Shown one piece after another: positions 6,524 to 15,277 of a DNA stretch of 24,000 bases (the first letter of the stretch is position 1; each line of letters opens with the position of its first letter). The stretch is from an uncultured archaeon (lineage in GTDB: Archaea > Thermoproteota > Nitrososphaeria_A > Caldarchaeales > Wolframiiraptoraceae): NCBI GenBank assembly GCA_937974645.1, contig CALJVH010000019.1, positions 15,069 through 39,068 of the forward strand, given 5' to 3'. The notes below the pieces were generated by a model. That model searched no databases. It saw only the letters and a program-made list of their open reading frames with translations, and was not told where the DNA came from. Both the position numbers and the translations under genes were made by a program.

Positions 6524-6633
6524 CATGAGAAAGCTGACTCAGCCATATGGCGCCAGTTAGAGAGATAAGAAGCTTATGGCGTGAATATTCGCTAGCTATA
6601 GCTCCCAGCAGCTTATAAGGGGGTTCTAATAAT

Positions 6634-6643
6634 CCTTAAATTT
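6634..6643 (+). promoter_or_regulatory. TATA-like box (CCTTAAATTT) for the thermosome gene
   Basis: ~55 nt upstream of the start. A GGAGGTG SD at 6688-6694 implies a ~30-nt leader. A second TATAAGG box lies at 6613-6619. Confidence 0.35.
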
Positions 6644-6693
6644 AGCCCGGAGACTTCTCATCCCGGACTAAAATTACCTGGTTTTAGGGAGGT

Positions 6694-8337
6694 GTGGAGA
6701 GAGTGTCTAGGGTCGTTGGTGCCGGTCAACCTGTTCTGATCTTAAAGGAGGGAACTAGTAGGACTAAGGGTAGGACAGCTCTACGAAATAACATCGCTGC
6801 GGCGAAGATAATCGCGGAGATAGTTAAAAGTACCCTTGGCCCGAAGGGTATGGACAAGATTCTAGTAGATTCGATTGGGGACGTTATAGTAACAAATGAT
6901 GGCGCGACAATTCTCGACAAGATGGATGTCGAGCATCCAGCCGCAAAGATGCTGATAGAGGTCGCCAAGGCTCAGGACACCAGCGTCGGAGATGGTACAA
7001 CGACCGCGGTTGTGCTTACTGGCGAGCTTCTTAAGAGGGCTGAGGAGCTGATCGAGCAGAAGATACATCCGAGCACAATTATAACAGGTTATAGGAGGGC
7101 TCTCGACATAGCTCTCAATGAAGTTCAGAAGATAGCTAAGCCCGTTAAGCTCGAGGATGAGAAGACATTGATGGAGATCGTGAAGACTTCTCTGGGGAGC
7201 AAGAGCCTTGGGTTTGCAACCGACCACATAGCCAAGCTCGCGATCGAGGCGGTCTTGCAGATAGTTGAGGAGAGGAATGGTAGGCTCCACGCCGACAAGG
7301 ACAATATTCAGATAATCAAGAAGATGGGTAAGAGCCTTTTAGAGAGCGAGCTCGTGAAAGGCGTGATAGTCGACAAGGAAGTCGTACACCCGGCGATGCC
7401 GAAGCGGGTCGTGAACGCCAAGATCGCCCTGATAAATGCCCCCTTCGAGATAGAGAAGACCGAGTTCAGCGCCGAGATAAGGATCAGAGACCCGCTCATG
7501 ATGAAGCAGTTCCTCGACGAGGAGACTAGGATACTGAAGGATATGGTTGACAAAGTCGCAAAGGTCGGGGCCAATGTGGTCTTCTGCCAGAAAGGCATAG
7601 ATGACATAGCCCAATACTTCCTCGCGAAGGCTGGCATACTCGCGGTTAGGAGGATAAAGTCTTCTGACATGGAGAAGCTCGCAAGAGCAACTGGCGCCAG
7701 AATCGTTACAAACTTCGAAGACTTGACCGAGAAGGATCTAGGAGGGGCTGGCTTAGTAGAGGAAAGGAAGATAGGCGAGGATAAGATGGTCTTCGTCCAA
7801 GAGTGCAAGAACCCGAAGGCGGTCTCGATACTGATAAGGGCCGGTCTCGAGAGGCAGCTTGATGAGGCCGAGAGAGCATTCAATGACGCGATAATGAATC
7901 TGATCTCTCTAATCAGAGACTTAAAGTACGTACCCGGTGGAGGAGCTATTGAGATGGCGTTAGCGGCCGCTATAAGGAGGGAAGCTCCAAAGTATCCTGG
8001 AAGGGAGCAGCTTGCGATGCTCGCCTTCGCCGACGCTCTAGAGACCATCCCCAGGACGCTCGCGGAGAACGCCGGCCTAGAGCCCGTTGAAATCCTGACA
8101 GATCTCAGGGCGAGGCATGAGCAGGGTCTACGCAATTATGGCGTCGAGGTGTTCTCCGGCAAGGTGCAGGACATAATAGAGGCTGGCGTCATAGAGCCCG
8201 TGAAGGTTAAGGAACAGGTTCTGAAGAGCGCCTTTGAGGCTTCCGCGATGATCCTCAGGATCGACGAGGTAATCGCCGCATCCAAGAAGAAAGAGGGGAA
8301 GGAATCTAAGCCTGAAACAGGCTCCGAGTTCGAGTAA
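6694..8337 (+). CDS. ths: Thermosome subunit (group II chaperonin)
   Basis: 547 aa. [51 protein letters not shown]: all hallmark group II chaperonin motifs. GTG start at 6694, or GTG at 6703 with better SD spacing. Confidence 0.95.
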   Translation: MERVSRVVGAGQPVLILKEGTSRTKGRTALRNNIAAAKIIAEIVKSTLGPKGMDKILVDSIGDVIVTNDGATILDKMDVEHPAAKMLIEVAKAQDTSVGDGTTTAVVLTGELLKRAEELIEQKIHPSTIITGYRRALDIALNEVQKIAKPVKLEDEKTLMEIVKTSLGSKSLGFATDHIAKLAIEAVLQIVEERNGRLHADKDNIQIIKKMGKSLLESELVKGVIVDKEVVHPAMPKRVVNAKIALINAPFEIEKTEFSAEIRIRDPLMMKQFLDEETRILKDMVDKVAKVGANVVFCQKGIDDIAQYFLAKAGILAVRRIKSSDMEKLARATGARIVTNFEDLTEKDLGGAGLVEERKIGEDKMVFVQECKNPKAVSILIRAGLERQLDEAERAFNDAIMNLISLIRDLKYVPGGGAIEMALAAAIRREAPKYPGREQLAMLAFADALETIPRTLAENAGLEPVEILTDLRARHEQGLRNYGVEVFSGKVQDIIEAGVIEPVKVKEQVLKSAFEASAMILRIDEVIAASKKKEGKESKPETGSEFE

Positions 8338-8355
8338 ACATTATCTACTACCTTC

Positions 8356-8360
8356 TTTTT
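8356..8360 (+). terminator. Oligo-T run (T5 within CCTTCTTTTTCC), candidate thermosome terminator
   Basis: First T-run, 19 nt after the TAA; more T-rich sequence follows (TTTGCTTTCTTGCTTT). Confidence 0.35.
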
Positions 8361-8436
8361 CCTTCACTCTACTCCCCGGTTTGCTTTCTTGCTTTATGAG
8401 AATATTTGAATACTCGATTTATTTTGGAAGTATGGT

Positions 8437-9204
8437 ATGCCGGTCCCGATTAATGAGAAGCTTAAGAAGGCGTTTCATAAGCTCGGTTTAACCGAGTATG
8501 AAGTGCGAGCTTATCTCGCCTTACTCCAGTATGGGGAGATGACGGCCAATCAGGTTAGTGAGGCGGCTGATATCCCTTACTCGAAGGTTTACGAGGTTCT
8601 TGAGGGCCTTGAGGAGAAGGGGTGGATTGGGAGCGAGGGAGGAAGGCCTGCGAAATATCATGCTAGGAGCATCTCAACAGCCTTGGAAATTAGTAAGATG
8701 AGTATTGAGAGAGATCTCAAAAAGATCGAGAACCTTCTACTCGCGGAGCTTTCTCCCATCTCCAAGGGCTTAGGTATGAGGGAAAGGCATGATGTATGGA
8801 TATTGAGGGGGGAGCTGAACATATTATCCAAGCTTAAGTCCCTTTTAGATGGCTGTGACGCTGAACTTCAAATAGCCACACCATGGATGAATAAGGAGAT
8901 CCTCTCCATCCTTTTACCAACCCTAACTGCGCTCAAGGCGAAGAATGGCAAAGTCCAGATAATGCTCTCAAGCAGCTGTAACAGATCGCTGGCGGCGAGG
9001 CTAAGCGAATACGCTGAAGTCAGGCTCAGAGACCAACTCTTCGGCGGAGGAGCAATCGCAGATTCTGATGAGACAATGATAATACTTGGGGAGGAGGGGA
9101 AGAAGCATCCAACCCTCGCAATATGGTCTGATCACGTAGGCCTAGCGAAAATTGCCAAAATATATTTTGAGCACCTCTGGAGAGATTCCGAACCTCTTAA
9201 ATGA
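8437..9204 (+). CDS. TrmB-family winged-helix transcriptional regulator (short form)
   Basis: 255 aa. N-terminus LGLTEYEVRAYLALLQYGEMTANQVSEAADIPYSKVYEVLEGLEEKGWI is the TrmB wHTH signature. The C-terminal domain is short (TrmBL2-like size), with no long sugar-binding domain. Confidence 0.8.
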   Translation: MPVPINEKLKKAFHKLGLTEYEVRAYLALLQYGEMTANQVSEAADIPYSKVYEVLEGLEEKGWIGSEGGRPAKYHARSISTALEISKMSIERDLKKIENLLLAELSPISKGLGMRERHDVWILRGELNILSKLKSLLDGCDAELQIATPWMNKEILSILLPTLTALKAKNGKVQIMLSSSCNRSLAARLSEYAEVRLRDQLFGGGAIADSDETMIILGEEGKKHPTLAIWSDHVGLAKIAKIYFEHLWRDSEPLK

Positions 9205-9235
9205 TGGGAGATCTAGGGGTGTGAAGCGAGAGAGC

Positions 9236-11998
9236 ATGGAATTCTCATATGGTTACCGCTCTAGGAGGGGGCCAGTAAGCCTAATCATACTCTTCATTAT
9301 TGCCATCATTATAGCTCTCATACTTGTCTCCCAAGTGATCCAGCTTATCCTGAATTTCTGGGAGTTCGGAGACCTCTTCATCAGGCCATTCTACTATTCG
9401 CTCATCGGTGGCTTAATCCTATCAGCGATAGCATTCTTCCGCATTGACTTCGTAAATAGGAGGTCGTTCGTTTTCTGGCTTATCTCGCTTATCCTAAGGT
9501 TTTACCGTAGGGCTGGCTACATAGAAATTCGAGATCTAGACTTCTCCGCCTATAAACTTGCTCCAAGCAGGTTTCTAGCATGGCAGGTTACGAAGACTGT
9601 CGCCGGAGCCCTGCTATTTGCTAACAGCGTCCTTGGACTCGCGGCCTCCGCTGCGCTTCAAGGAGCGGATTTAGGAGTGGAGAATATTCCAAGAATATTC
9701 GCTCTACCATTCATCTCCGTATCGGCTGGAGATGTTTCGCCCGCCCTGCAAGTGATCTCGGCGGCACCCACATTGATAATGATCATCCCACCAATTCTCT
9801 CCGCTCTCGGGCTAAGGCTGGCGATCCTAGTCGGTCTAACAACAATAGTTAAAGCCGTAACCGCGGCCATGGTCGAATACATCAGAACAGGATTATTCCG
9901 GGTGCCGGTCGGGGCGATTGAGTCATTAATTGCCCTAGCCGCCGCCTGGATTGGCTTCAACCTATTCTTCTCAAGCTACATAGACTATAACACGAAGGTT
10001 TATGTGCTCGGCGCCTTCGTAGTCATGGCCATATCCCTTCTTTTCGTATACCTAGATAAGAGGAGACCCGGCTTCCTCTATGCCTTCAAGATAAAGCTCG
10101 GAACCCTGATCCTCATATTGCTTATGGTAGCGGCTATCGCGGCCATCCAGAACGGAATAGCAGATGCTAGGAAGGTCGAGTGGCTCGGTCCCTACATCAA
10201 GCAAGAAATTGAGGTGAATAGACATCTCGCAGACCTCTCCGGCACAACGATCAACCAATATAACTTCACGGAAAGATCAAGTGGCAGAATAAAGTTGACA
10301 GAAGCCTATGAAGATTTATCCCTAGCTAGGCTATGGGATTGGGATGCAGCATTCACCAAACTTAAGCCAGAGATAGGGCTAATACCATATGTGGACTTTG
10401 AGGACTCGGATATAATCAGGTTCGGGAATAGACTTTACTGGAGCGCCTCGATGAAGCCGATTCTCCCGAGGGGGGTCGAGCTGGAGAACATATGGTATAA
10501 TGAACACCTCGTATACACGCATGTTCCGAACGGCTTCCTCCTCCTCGACGCGAATAATGGCAGCATAGTTGATAGCTCGGCCTTCTTCAAGCAGAGGAGA
10601 ATCTACTATGGCGAGGGAGGCCTTCTCGAGTCCACGTGGGCGGCCATAGTACTTGGAAAGGAGGAGAGCGACGAGATAGCTGGAGCCAAGTACAATGGGA
10701 GAGGAGGGGTGGTGGTCGGCCCGCCGATTACTTGGCTCTATGATGCGACCTTCCTCCTCTCATACCCGGATAAGGAGGTTAAGCTACTCAGGTATAGGGA
10801 TGTCTACGAGCGGCTCAGCCTCCTACTACCATACTTCACATACAGGTGGGGTGTAGAGTTTGTTGACATGTTCCCAGTTACGGATGGCGAGAATACCTAC
10901 TGGCTCATGCCGCTCATAATCAAGCTCCCGGCAAACAATGTTCCGTGGAGCAAGGGGAATGGCTATGTTAGGTTCGTGGGTTACGCTCTAGTAGACGTTT
11001 ATCATGGCGACATAAGGTTAATAATCGTTGGAAGTGATTTCTTCAGCGACCTCATAAGAACGGCATACAAGGATATATTGATCGAGGAGATCCCGGATTG
11101 GCTGAGAAATCAGACAAGGTTCCCAGCAGAGGTCTTCAAGTATCAAGTCGAGATGTTCAACTACTACCATGTCGAGAACCCGGCTACATTCATCCATGCA
11201 AGAGAGTTCTATGAGATCCCTGAAGGCGTTGAGCCCTACTTCGTGGTCGCCAAGTATCCGGGATTCGACAGGCCCGAGTTTGTCGGAATACTCTCGCTCC
11301 AGCTTAAGGGGTCTATGGGGAGGAATCTTGCAGGCTTCATGATAATCAGGAATGATTACCCGCATCTCGGTGAGAAGATCTTCTACAAGGTTCCGGTGGA
11401 GGCTGAGACGAAGCTACTTGGCCCCTCTGCTGCGATGGAAGCTCTTGAGAGACATGCGGAGTTCAGGAAGCTCAAGACCCTCCTAGAGAACCCAAGAATG
11501 GGTGATACGCTTCTCTACCACATCGGAGGCCAGCTCGTTTACATAATCCCGGTCTACACTTCCCCGGCTGGCGGCGTCGTAGCCCAGCTTGGGACTATAG
11601 CGACCATAGGCGCCGAGTTTACCGGAAAATACTACATTGGGCTTGGATCAAAACTTCAAGAATCCTTTAACGCCTTCATCAAAGAGCTTGAGGGGGTTCC
11701 CGGACCTAGGGTGCTTGATGTCCATAATCTGACATTATCCATGCTCCGCGAGTTAGGCGTGAAGATCGTTTACCCGAAGGAGGTGAACCCGCATCTAGTC
11801 TTTGAAGAGGGATTTTTCTCGAATGGATCCGAGGAGGATCTGAGGGTGCTCATAACCAGCTTCGTAGAAAAATGGGTTCTCGGGAAGAGCGTTGATAGGG
11901 TGCTTATCTGGAGTGAGGATGATAAAATGATTGTCGGCTCCGTCTTCGCGGAGAACGGCGTGGTTGAGCTACACTACATCACGATAGCCGCGAAATAA
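9236..11998 (+). CDS. UPF0182 / COG1615-family polytopic membrane protein, function unknown
   Basis: ~920 aa from the ATG at 9236 (the ORF opens at 9152 but that part overlaps trmB). About 8-9 N-terminal TM segments, then a ~600-aa soluble region. Family motifs seen: NFWEFGDL, EHLVYTHVPNGF, RIYYGEGG, RFPAEVFKYQVEMFNYYHVENPATFIHAREFYEIP, PYFVVAKYPG, LVYIIPVYTS. Confidence 0.85.
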   Translation: MEFSYGYRSRRGPVSLIILFIIAIIIALILVSQVIQLILNFWEFGDLFIRPFYYSLIGGLILSAIAFFRIDFVNRRSFVFWLISLILRFYRRAGYIEIRDLDFSAYKLAPSRFLAWQVTKTVAGALLFANSVLGLAASAALQGADLGVENIPRIFALPFISVSAGDVSPALQVISAAPTLIMIIPPILSALGLRLAILVGLTTIVKAVTAAMVEYIRTGLFRVPVGAIESLIALAAAWIGFNLFFSSYIDYNTKVYVLGAFVVMAISLLFVYLDKRRPGFLYAFKIKLGTLILILLMVAAIAAIQNGIADARKVEWLGPYIKQEIEVNRHLADLSGTTINQYNFTERSSGRIKLTEAYEDLSLARLWDWDAAFTKLKPEIGLIPYVDFEDSDIIRFGNRLYWSASMKPILPRGVELENIWYNEHLVYTHVPNGFLLLDANNGSIVDSSAFFKQRRIYYGEGGLLESTWAAIVLGKEESDEIAGAKYNGRGGVVVGPPITWLYDATFLLSYPDKEVKLLRYRDVYERLSLLLPYFTYRWGVEFVDMFPVTDGENTYWLMPLIIKLPANNVPWSKGNGYVRFVGYALVDVYHGDIRLIIVGSDFFSDLIRTAYKDILIEEIPDWLRNQTRFPAEVFKYQVEMFNYYHVENPATFIHAREFYEIPEGVEPYFVVAKYPGFDRPEFVGILSLQLKGSMGRNLAGFMIIRNDYPHLGEKIFYKVPVEAETKLLGPSAAMEALERHAEFRKLKTLLENPRMGDTLLYHIGGQLVYIIPVYTSPAGGVVAQLGTIATIGAEFTGKYYIGLGSKLQESFNAFIKELEGVPGPRVLDVHNLTLSMLRELGVKIVYPKEVNPHLVFEEGFFSNGSEEDLRVLITSFVEKWVLGKSVDRVLIWSEDDKMIVGSVFAENGVVELHYITIAAK

Positions 11999-12042
11999 GT
12001 TTAAGCATCAGCAGCCACCTAGTCTAAGTAGGATCGCGAGCC

Positions 12043-12477
12043 TTGTCCGTGAGAATCAGCCTCCCGCTCATAATATTATTCCTGATCTTAGGGCTTCTTG
12101 GTCTAGCCATACTCGCAAGGCTCCAGAGGGGTCTCCTAGGCATCATTCTCGCGGGAATCTTGATAATCTTAGGATTCTACTGGTTTAGGGAGGTTAGGAA
12201 GGCGCTGGAGGGCCCGAAGCATCTGAAGGGGCATCCCGTCGAGGTCTCCGAGGATAATGGATTGATTAGCGTTACTGCCGAGGTTCCGGGCCCCGAGAGC
12301 GAGGTCTTCTTCGAGGTCTCAGGAGACAAGGTCTTTCTCAGAGGCGGGAGGGGGTTCAGAAGGAAAATCAAACTTCCATGCAGGGTTAGGCTCCTCGATA
12401 GTTCCTACGTGAATGGAATATTACATTTGAGGCTTGCGAAGGCTGATGTAGTCGAGAGCCGCGAGAGGGGCGGATAA
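12043..12477 (+). CDS. Membrane-anchored protein with a truncated alpha-crystallin (Hsp20-like) domain
   Basis: 144 aa. Two N-terminal TM helices (ISLPLIILFLILGLLGLAILA; LLGIILAGILIILGFYWF). Then PVEVSEDNGLISVTAEVPG...VSGDKVFLRG..GFRRKIKLP.RV....Y.NGILHLRLAKA, which matches ACD strands beta2-4 and beta8-9 but lacks the middle loop. TTG start (12043) or GTG (12049). Confidence 0.6.
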   Translation: MSVRISLPLIILFLILGLLGLAILARLQRGLLGIILAGILIILGFYWFREVRKALEGPKHLKGHPVEVSEDNGLISVTAEVPGPESEVFFEVSGDKVFLRGGRGFRRKIKLPCRVRLLDSSYVNGILHLRLAKADVVESRERGG

Positions 12478-12480
12478 TGG

Positions 12481-13401
12481 CTATCCGATCACAGCGGCCA
12501 CTATGAGCGGCAGGGTTATCGTGGCATCACCATAGACCGTGACCTTCTTAGCGCCGGTCTTAACCTTCATCCAGGAGACTGCTTCATGGACTCTGGCCCC
12601 GCTCAGGCTGCCATCATACTCGCAGGCTGTGGTCAGGTAGATCACGTAGTCGAGGCCCTCTCTGAACTGATTCCACCAGAGGGTGTGATGCTTCGAGATC
12701 CCGCCGCCGATCATCAGCGCGCCCGTCCTCTCTGCCTCGAAAATTATTCCCGCGAGCTCATCAGAATCCCTGAAGAGATTTAGCCTGAAGTCCCTATGCC
12801 TTTGCTGGAATAGCCAGAGCTGGGTTCCGACGGCTCCATCCATTATTCCGGGGACGAAGACCTTAACGCCCCTCCTATGCGCCCAGTAGAGTATGCTTCC
12901 CTCATCGTGGAGCTTTCTGCCGATTAGCTCGCAGACCTCGTAGCTCCCGAGCTCCCTCGCGCCCTCCGAGTAAGCCTCCTCGAGGACGGCCTGCATAAAC
13001 CGCTCTATCGCCGGGCCATAAGAGTCTAAGGGTATGAGGACGCTCCCAAGCCTATGGATGCCCTCCTCCCTCAGCTTCTCATCGTCCATCCAGAAGTCTC
13101 CATCATAGTATTGCGCGAGTGATTTGGCTATATCGTGATCCAGTGCTCCGCACGTCGTGATTATCGCATCGAACATGCCCCGCTTGAGGGCTTCCAAGAT
13201 CACCCCCCTAAGCCCCGTCGCAACAGGCGCGCCGACAAATGACAGGAACTTCACACATTTTTCATCCTCGATCATCTCCTTAAGAATGCTAGCGGCGATC
13301 CCGAGATACTTTGCGGAGAATCCGCCAGCCTCGCGAAACTGCTTAACTAGCTCGGAGACCTTCATCTCGGGAGATATCCGGATATCTCTTACCGGCCTCA
13401 T
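12481..13401 (-). CDS. dys: Deoxyhypusine synthase
   Basis: 306 aa. FLSFVGAPVATGLRG, ITTCGALDHD, GIHRLGSVLIP, MIGGGISKHH, EYDGSLSGA: the conserved DHS motifs, including the NAD and spermidine-site residues. Confidence 0.9.
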   Translation of the reverse strand: MRPVRDIRISPEMKVSELVKQFREAGGFSAKYLGIAASILKEMIEDEKCVKFLSFVGAPVATGLRGVILEALKRGMFDAIITTCGALDHDIAKSLAQYYDGDFWMDDEKLREEGIHRLGSVLIPLDSYGPAIERFMQAVLEEAYSEGARELGSYEVCELIGRKLHDEGSILYWAHRRGVKVFVPGIMDGAVGTQLWLFQQRHRDFRLNLFRDSDELAGIIFEAERTGALMIGGGISKHHTLWWNQFREGLDYVIYLTTACEYDGSLSGARVHEAVSWMKVKTGAKKVTVYGDATITLPLIVAAVIG

Positions 13402-13430
13402 CGCCCGGCGCCTAAAGGAGGTCCTGATAT

Positions 13431-14162
13431 TTATTGGCTGATTTTCCTCAGCGACCTGAGGCCATCGACGATCTCCTCAACCGTTGGAAGCGTAGAGAGA
13501 GCGAAGCAGATGTTCTCCAGCTCCGCGAGCTCGATCGCGAGCTTATCCACCTGCTCCCTCCTCGGCCCGTGAACCACTATTAGCCTCGGCTTTATCGGGT
13601 ATAGCCTCGCCGCGACCATCGGAGACCTGCCGCGCGTGACCGAGGTGAAGACGAAGGCCCTCATAGGATTCTTTCCGAAGAGATGGAGAAAGTCGTATGC
13701 GTCGAGGAATTTTATCGCCTTAAGGCTATCAATTACGGTATAGCCGTAGACTGGCGTATCGAGGAGGTTATCTCCGGCCAGCACCTCTCCGCCAACGGCG
13801 GAAATAACCTCCCTCGCGGTTCTCGGGGACTCGAATTCATCGAGATCTATCACTGCAGCGCTCAGGTTCCTATGGAAGATCGCGTATTTCCTTATCTGCA
13901 CCCCACCTCTAAGCTCATCCGCCTCTATCAACGCTTGGACGAGTCTTCTTATGAAGCCCGTTCCCGGAGACCTCCGCCTATCATTCTCGTAGTCGCTGAG
14001 AACTGAGGGCGAGATCCTCATGAGCCTGGCAACTTCCGCCTGGGTGAGCTCGAAGAGTGCCCTCCACTTCCTCATAACCCGCCCCGGGCTTTCCGACAAG
14101 ATTATCTCTCCCGCGATCCTCCTCATCAGTTCCTCTTTCGACGCCTCCTCCATGGTGACCAT
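13431..14162 (-). CDS. XRE-type HTH transcriptional regulator with a conserved archaeal C-terminal domain
   Basis: 243 aa. MRKWRALFELTQAEVARLMRISPSVLSDYENDRRRSPG is an HTH_3 (Cro/C1) motif. The remainder resembles the uncharacterised archaeal regulator family (COG1709/COG1395-like). Stop is 29 nt upstream of the dys start, so probably co-transcribed. Confidence 0.75.
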   Translation of the reverse strand: MVTMEEASKEELMRRIAGEIILSESPGRVMRKWRALFELTQAEVARLMRISPSVLSDYENDRRRSPGTGFIRRLVQALIEADELRGGVQIRKYAIFHRNLSAAVIDLDEFESPRTAREVISAVGGEVLAGDNLLDTPVYGYTVIDSLKAIKFLDAYDFLHLFGKNPMRAFVFTSVTRGRSPMVAARLYPIKPRLIVVHGPRREQVDKLAIELAELENICFALSTLPTVEEIVDGLRSLRKISQ

Positions 14163-14241
14163 GAATATTCTTGGAGAAGGATTTTTGAATCTTTCCGAGA
14201 AGCTTATATCTACGCGCTAATCCCTCAACGTGAGGCTTAAG

Positions 14242-14550
14242 ATGCCTTCGGAGAGGGTGTGGGTCAAGATTCACCACTCGAAGACCGGTGAGACGGTAGT
14301 CGCCGTTTGCGATGAGGATCTCCTTGGAAAGAAGATTGAGATAAGCGAGGGATTCGCAGTGGAAGTTAGCGAGGCATTTTACGGCGGCGCCCTCATCACT
14401 CGGGACGAGTTGGACAGATATGTAGTTCAAGCAAAGATCCTAAACCTTCTCGGCGAGACCGCTGTATCCTACATGATCGAGAAGGGAGTTGTGTTGGAGA
14501 AAGCAGTGATCAAGGTTGGAAACATTCCACACGTCCAGATATACTTCTAA
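14242..14550 (+). CDS. DUF424-family protein (conserved archaeal, function unknown)
   Basis: VWVKIHHSKTGETVVAVCDEDLLGKK......FAVEVSEAFYGG..ITRDEL......A.ILNLLGE.....IEKG......I.KVGNIPHVQIY fits the DUF424/COG2412 pattern. I prefer the ATG at 14242 (a CTTATATC box at 14203-14210 is ~35 nt upstream) over the GTG at 14230. Confidence 0.7.
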   Translation: MPSERVWVKIHHSKTGETVVAVCDEDLLGKKIEISEGFAVEVSEAFYGGALITRDELDRYVVQAKILNLLGETAVSYMIEKGVVLEKAVIKVGNIPHVQIYF

Positions 14551-14554
14551 AAAA
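14549..14554 (-). terminator. T6 run on the minus strand (plus-strand AAAAAA), candidate terminator for the PAC2-aIF6 unit
   Basis: Lies 18-23 nt past the aIF6 stop and overlaps the TAA stop of the convergent DUF424 gene. Confidence 0.35.
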
Positions 14555-14571
14555 GTGCTGGCTTCATGAGA

Positions 14572-15276
14572 TCATACTCCGAGAGCTCGGGATATCGTCA
14601 TGAGCTCTGGGCCAGTGGTCATTGAGCCCACAATAGCACCCTTGCTATTCGCCAGTATCCCGCTTCTAACGAATTTCACGCCGTTATTCACCGTCCCGGG
14701 TATAATGTTTACCCTGAATAGTTCGGATAACATTTTCTCTTCATCCTCGGACGCCTCGACGAAGATTAAGCCGCCGATGTTCGTTATAACGGCTAATGAC
14801 CCGATATAGCTTCTATTAGCGATCCGCCCGGTCACAACCTCGACCCCAAGAGCGTCTCTTATCACCCTTATAGCGCTTTTTGGAAGAATATCGCTCACGA
14901 GTGCTGCCCGATCATTTGCCAGAACGAGGTTTCCTATTGCCGTGTATTTCCCTTCTATCACGGCGAGGTTTATGTCGCCAATATGCTTCTTAATCTCCTT
15001 CAGCTCCTCATCAAGGACTAGGTTTGAGAGGAGGAGGCCGTTGCTATTGCCTGTTGCTAGGGCCGATAAGAGCATTGAGCCTGCGATAGATGTCGGCACA
15101 ACCTCCACCTCAAGCACATCTCTTATCAGCTTCTTCTGCCTAGGCTTAAGCTGTGGGGGGATCAGGCAGATATTTTCGGTTGAGACGGAGAATAGGCCGA
15201 CCTCAGTGGTCCCGAAGAATGTCTCAAGATATATTCCATGAGACCTCATTGCAATTCTGCTCATGAGCGCCACCAT
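14572..15276 (-). CDS. eif6: Translation initiation factor 6 (aIF6)
   Basis: FFGTTEVGLFSVSTENICLIPP, five-fold pseudo-repeat pattern with SIAGSMLL..ATGNSNGLLL, AIGNLVLANDRAALV, YIGSLAVITNIGGLI, RSGILANSKGAIVG. Start is ambiguous: ATG at 15276 (1 nt after the PAC2 stop), 15264, or 15249 (gives a family-typical 225 aa). The ORF-track start at 15309 overlaps PAC2 and is unlikely. Confidence 0.9.
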   Translation of the reverse strand: MVALMSRIAMRSHGIYLETFFGTTEVGLFSVSTENICLIPPQLKPRQKKLIRDVLEVEVVPTSIAGSMLLSALATGNSNGLLLSNLVLDEELKEIKKHIGDINLAVIEGKYTAIGNLVLANDRAALVSDILPKSAIRVIRDALGVEVVTGRIANRSYIGSLAVITNIGGLIFVEASEDEEKMLSELFRVNIIPGTVNNGVKFVRSGILANSKGAIVGSMTTGPELMTISRALGV

Positions 15277-15277
15277 G

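Noticed and set aside
6547-6618. 23-codon ORF (MAPVREIRSLWREYSLAIAPSSL) and small palindromes (CCATATGG, GGCGCC, GCTAGC/GCTATAGC) in the histone-thermosome spacer
   Set aside because: It has no SD or TATA at appropriate spacing. The palindromes are 6-8 bp and do not form a convincing hairpin or operator. Most likely this is ordinary 3' UTR and promoter DNA.
7498-7537. ATGATGA followed 29 nt later by CTGA inside the thermosome gene
   Set aside because: It lies on the sense strand of a highly conserved CDS with no flanking stem and no internal boxes. Kept only as a calibration of how often such pairs arise by chance.
7308-8135. 275-aa minus-strand ORF inside the thermosome gene. Similar long antisense ORFs occur at 6862-7290, 16881-17387, 17447-17863, 17808-18224 and 20130-20707.
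   Set aside because: All are antisense or out of frame to genes with unmistakable family motifs. They are Ser/Ala/Pro/Arg-rich with no recognisable motifs, typical of shadow ORFs in moderately GC-rich coding DNA.
9152-9235. Upstream start for the UPF0182 gene, overlapping the trmB-like gene by 53 nt
   Set aside because: The first 28 codons are hydrophilic read-through of the trmB 3' end. The ATG at 9236 directly precedes the first TM helix. The GTG at 9221 remains a minor alternative.
13981-14430. 149-aa minus-strand ORF spanning the HTH-regulator/DUF424 divergent spacer
   Set aside because: It overlaps two well-supported genes (out of frame with one, antisense to the other) plus their promoter region. 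Its composition is Gly/Arg/His-rich with no motifs.
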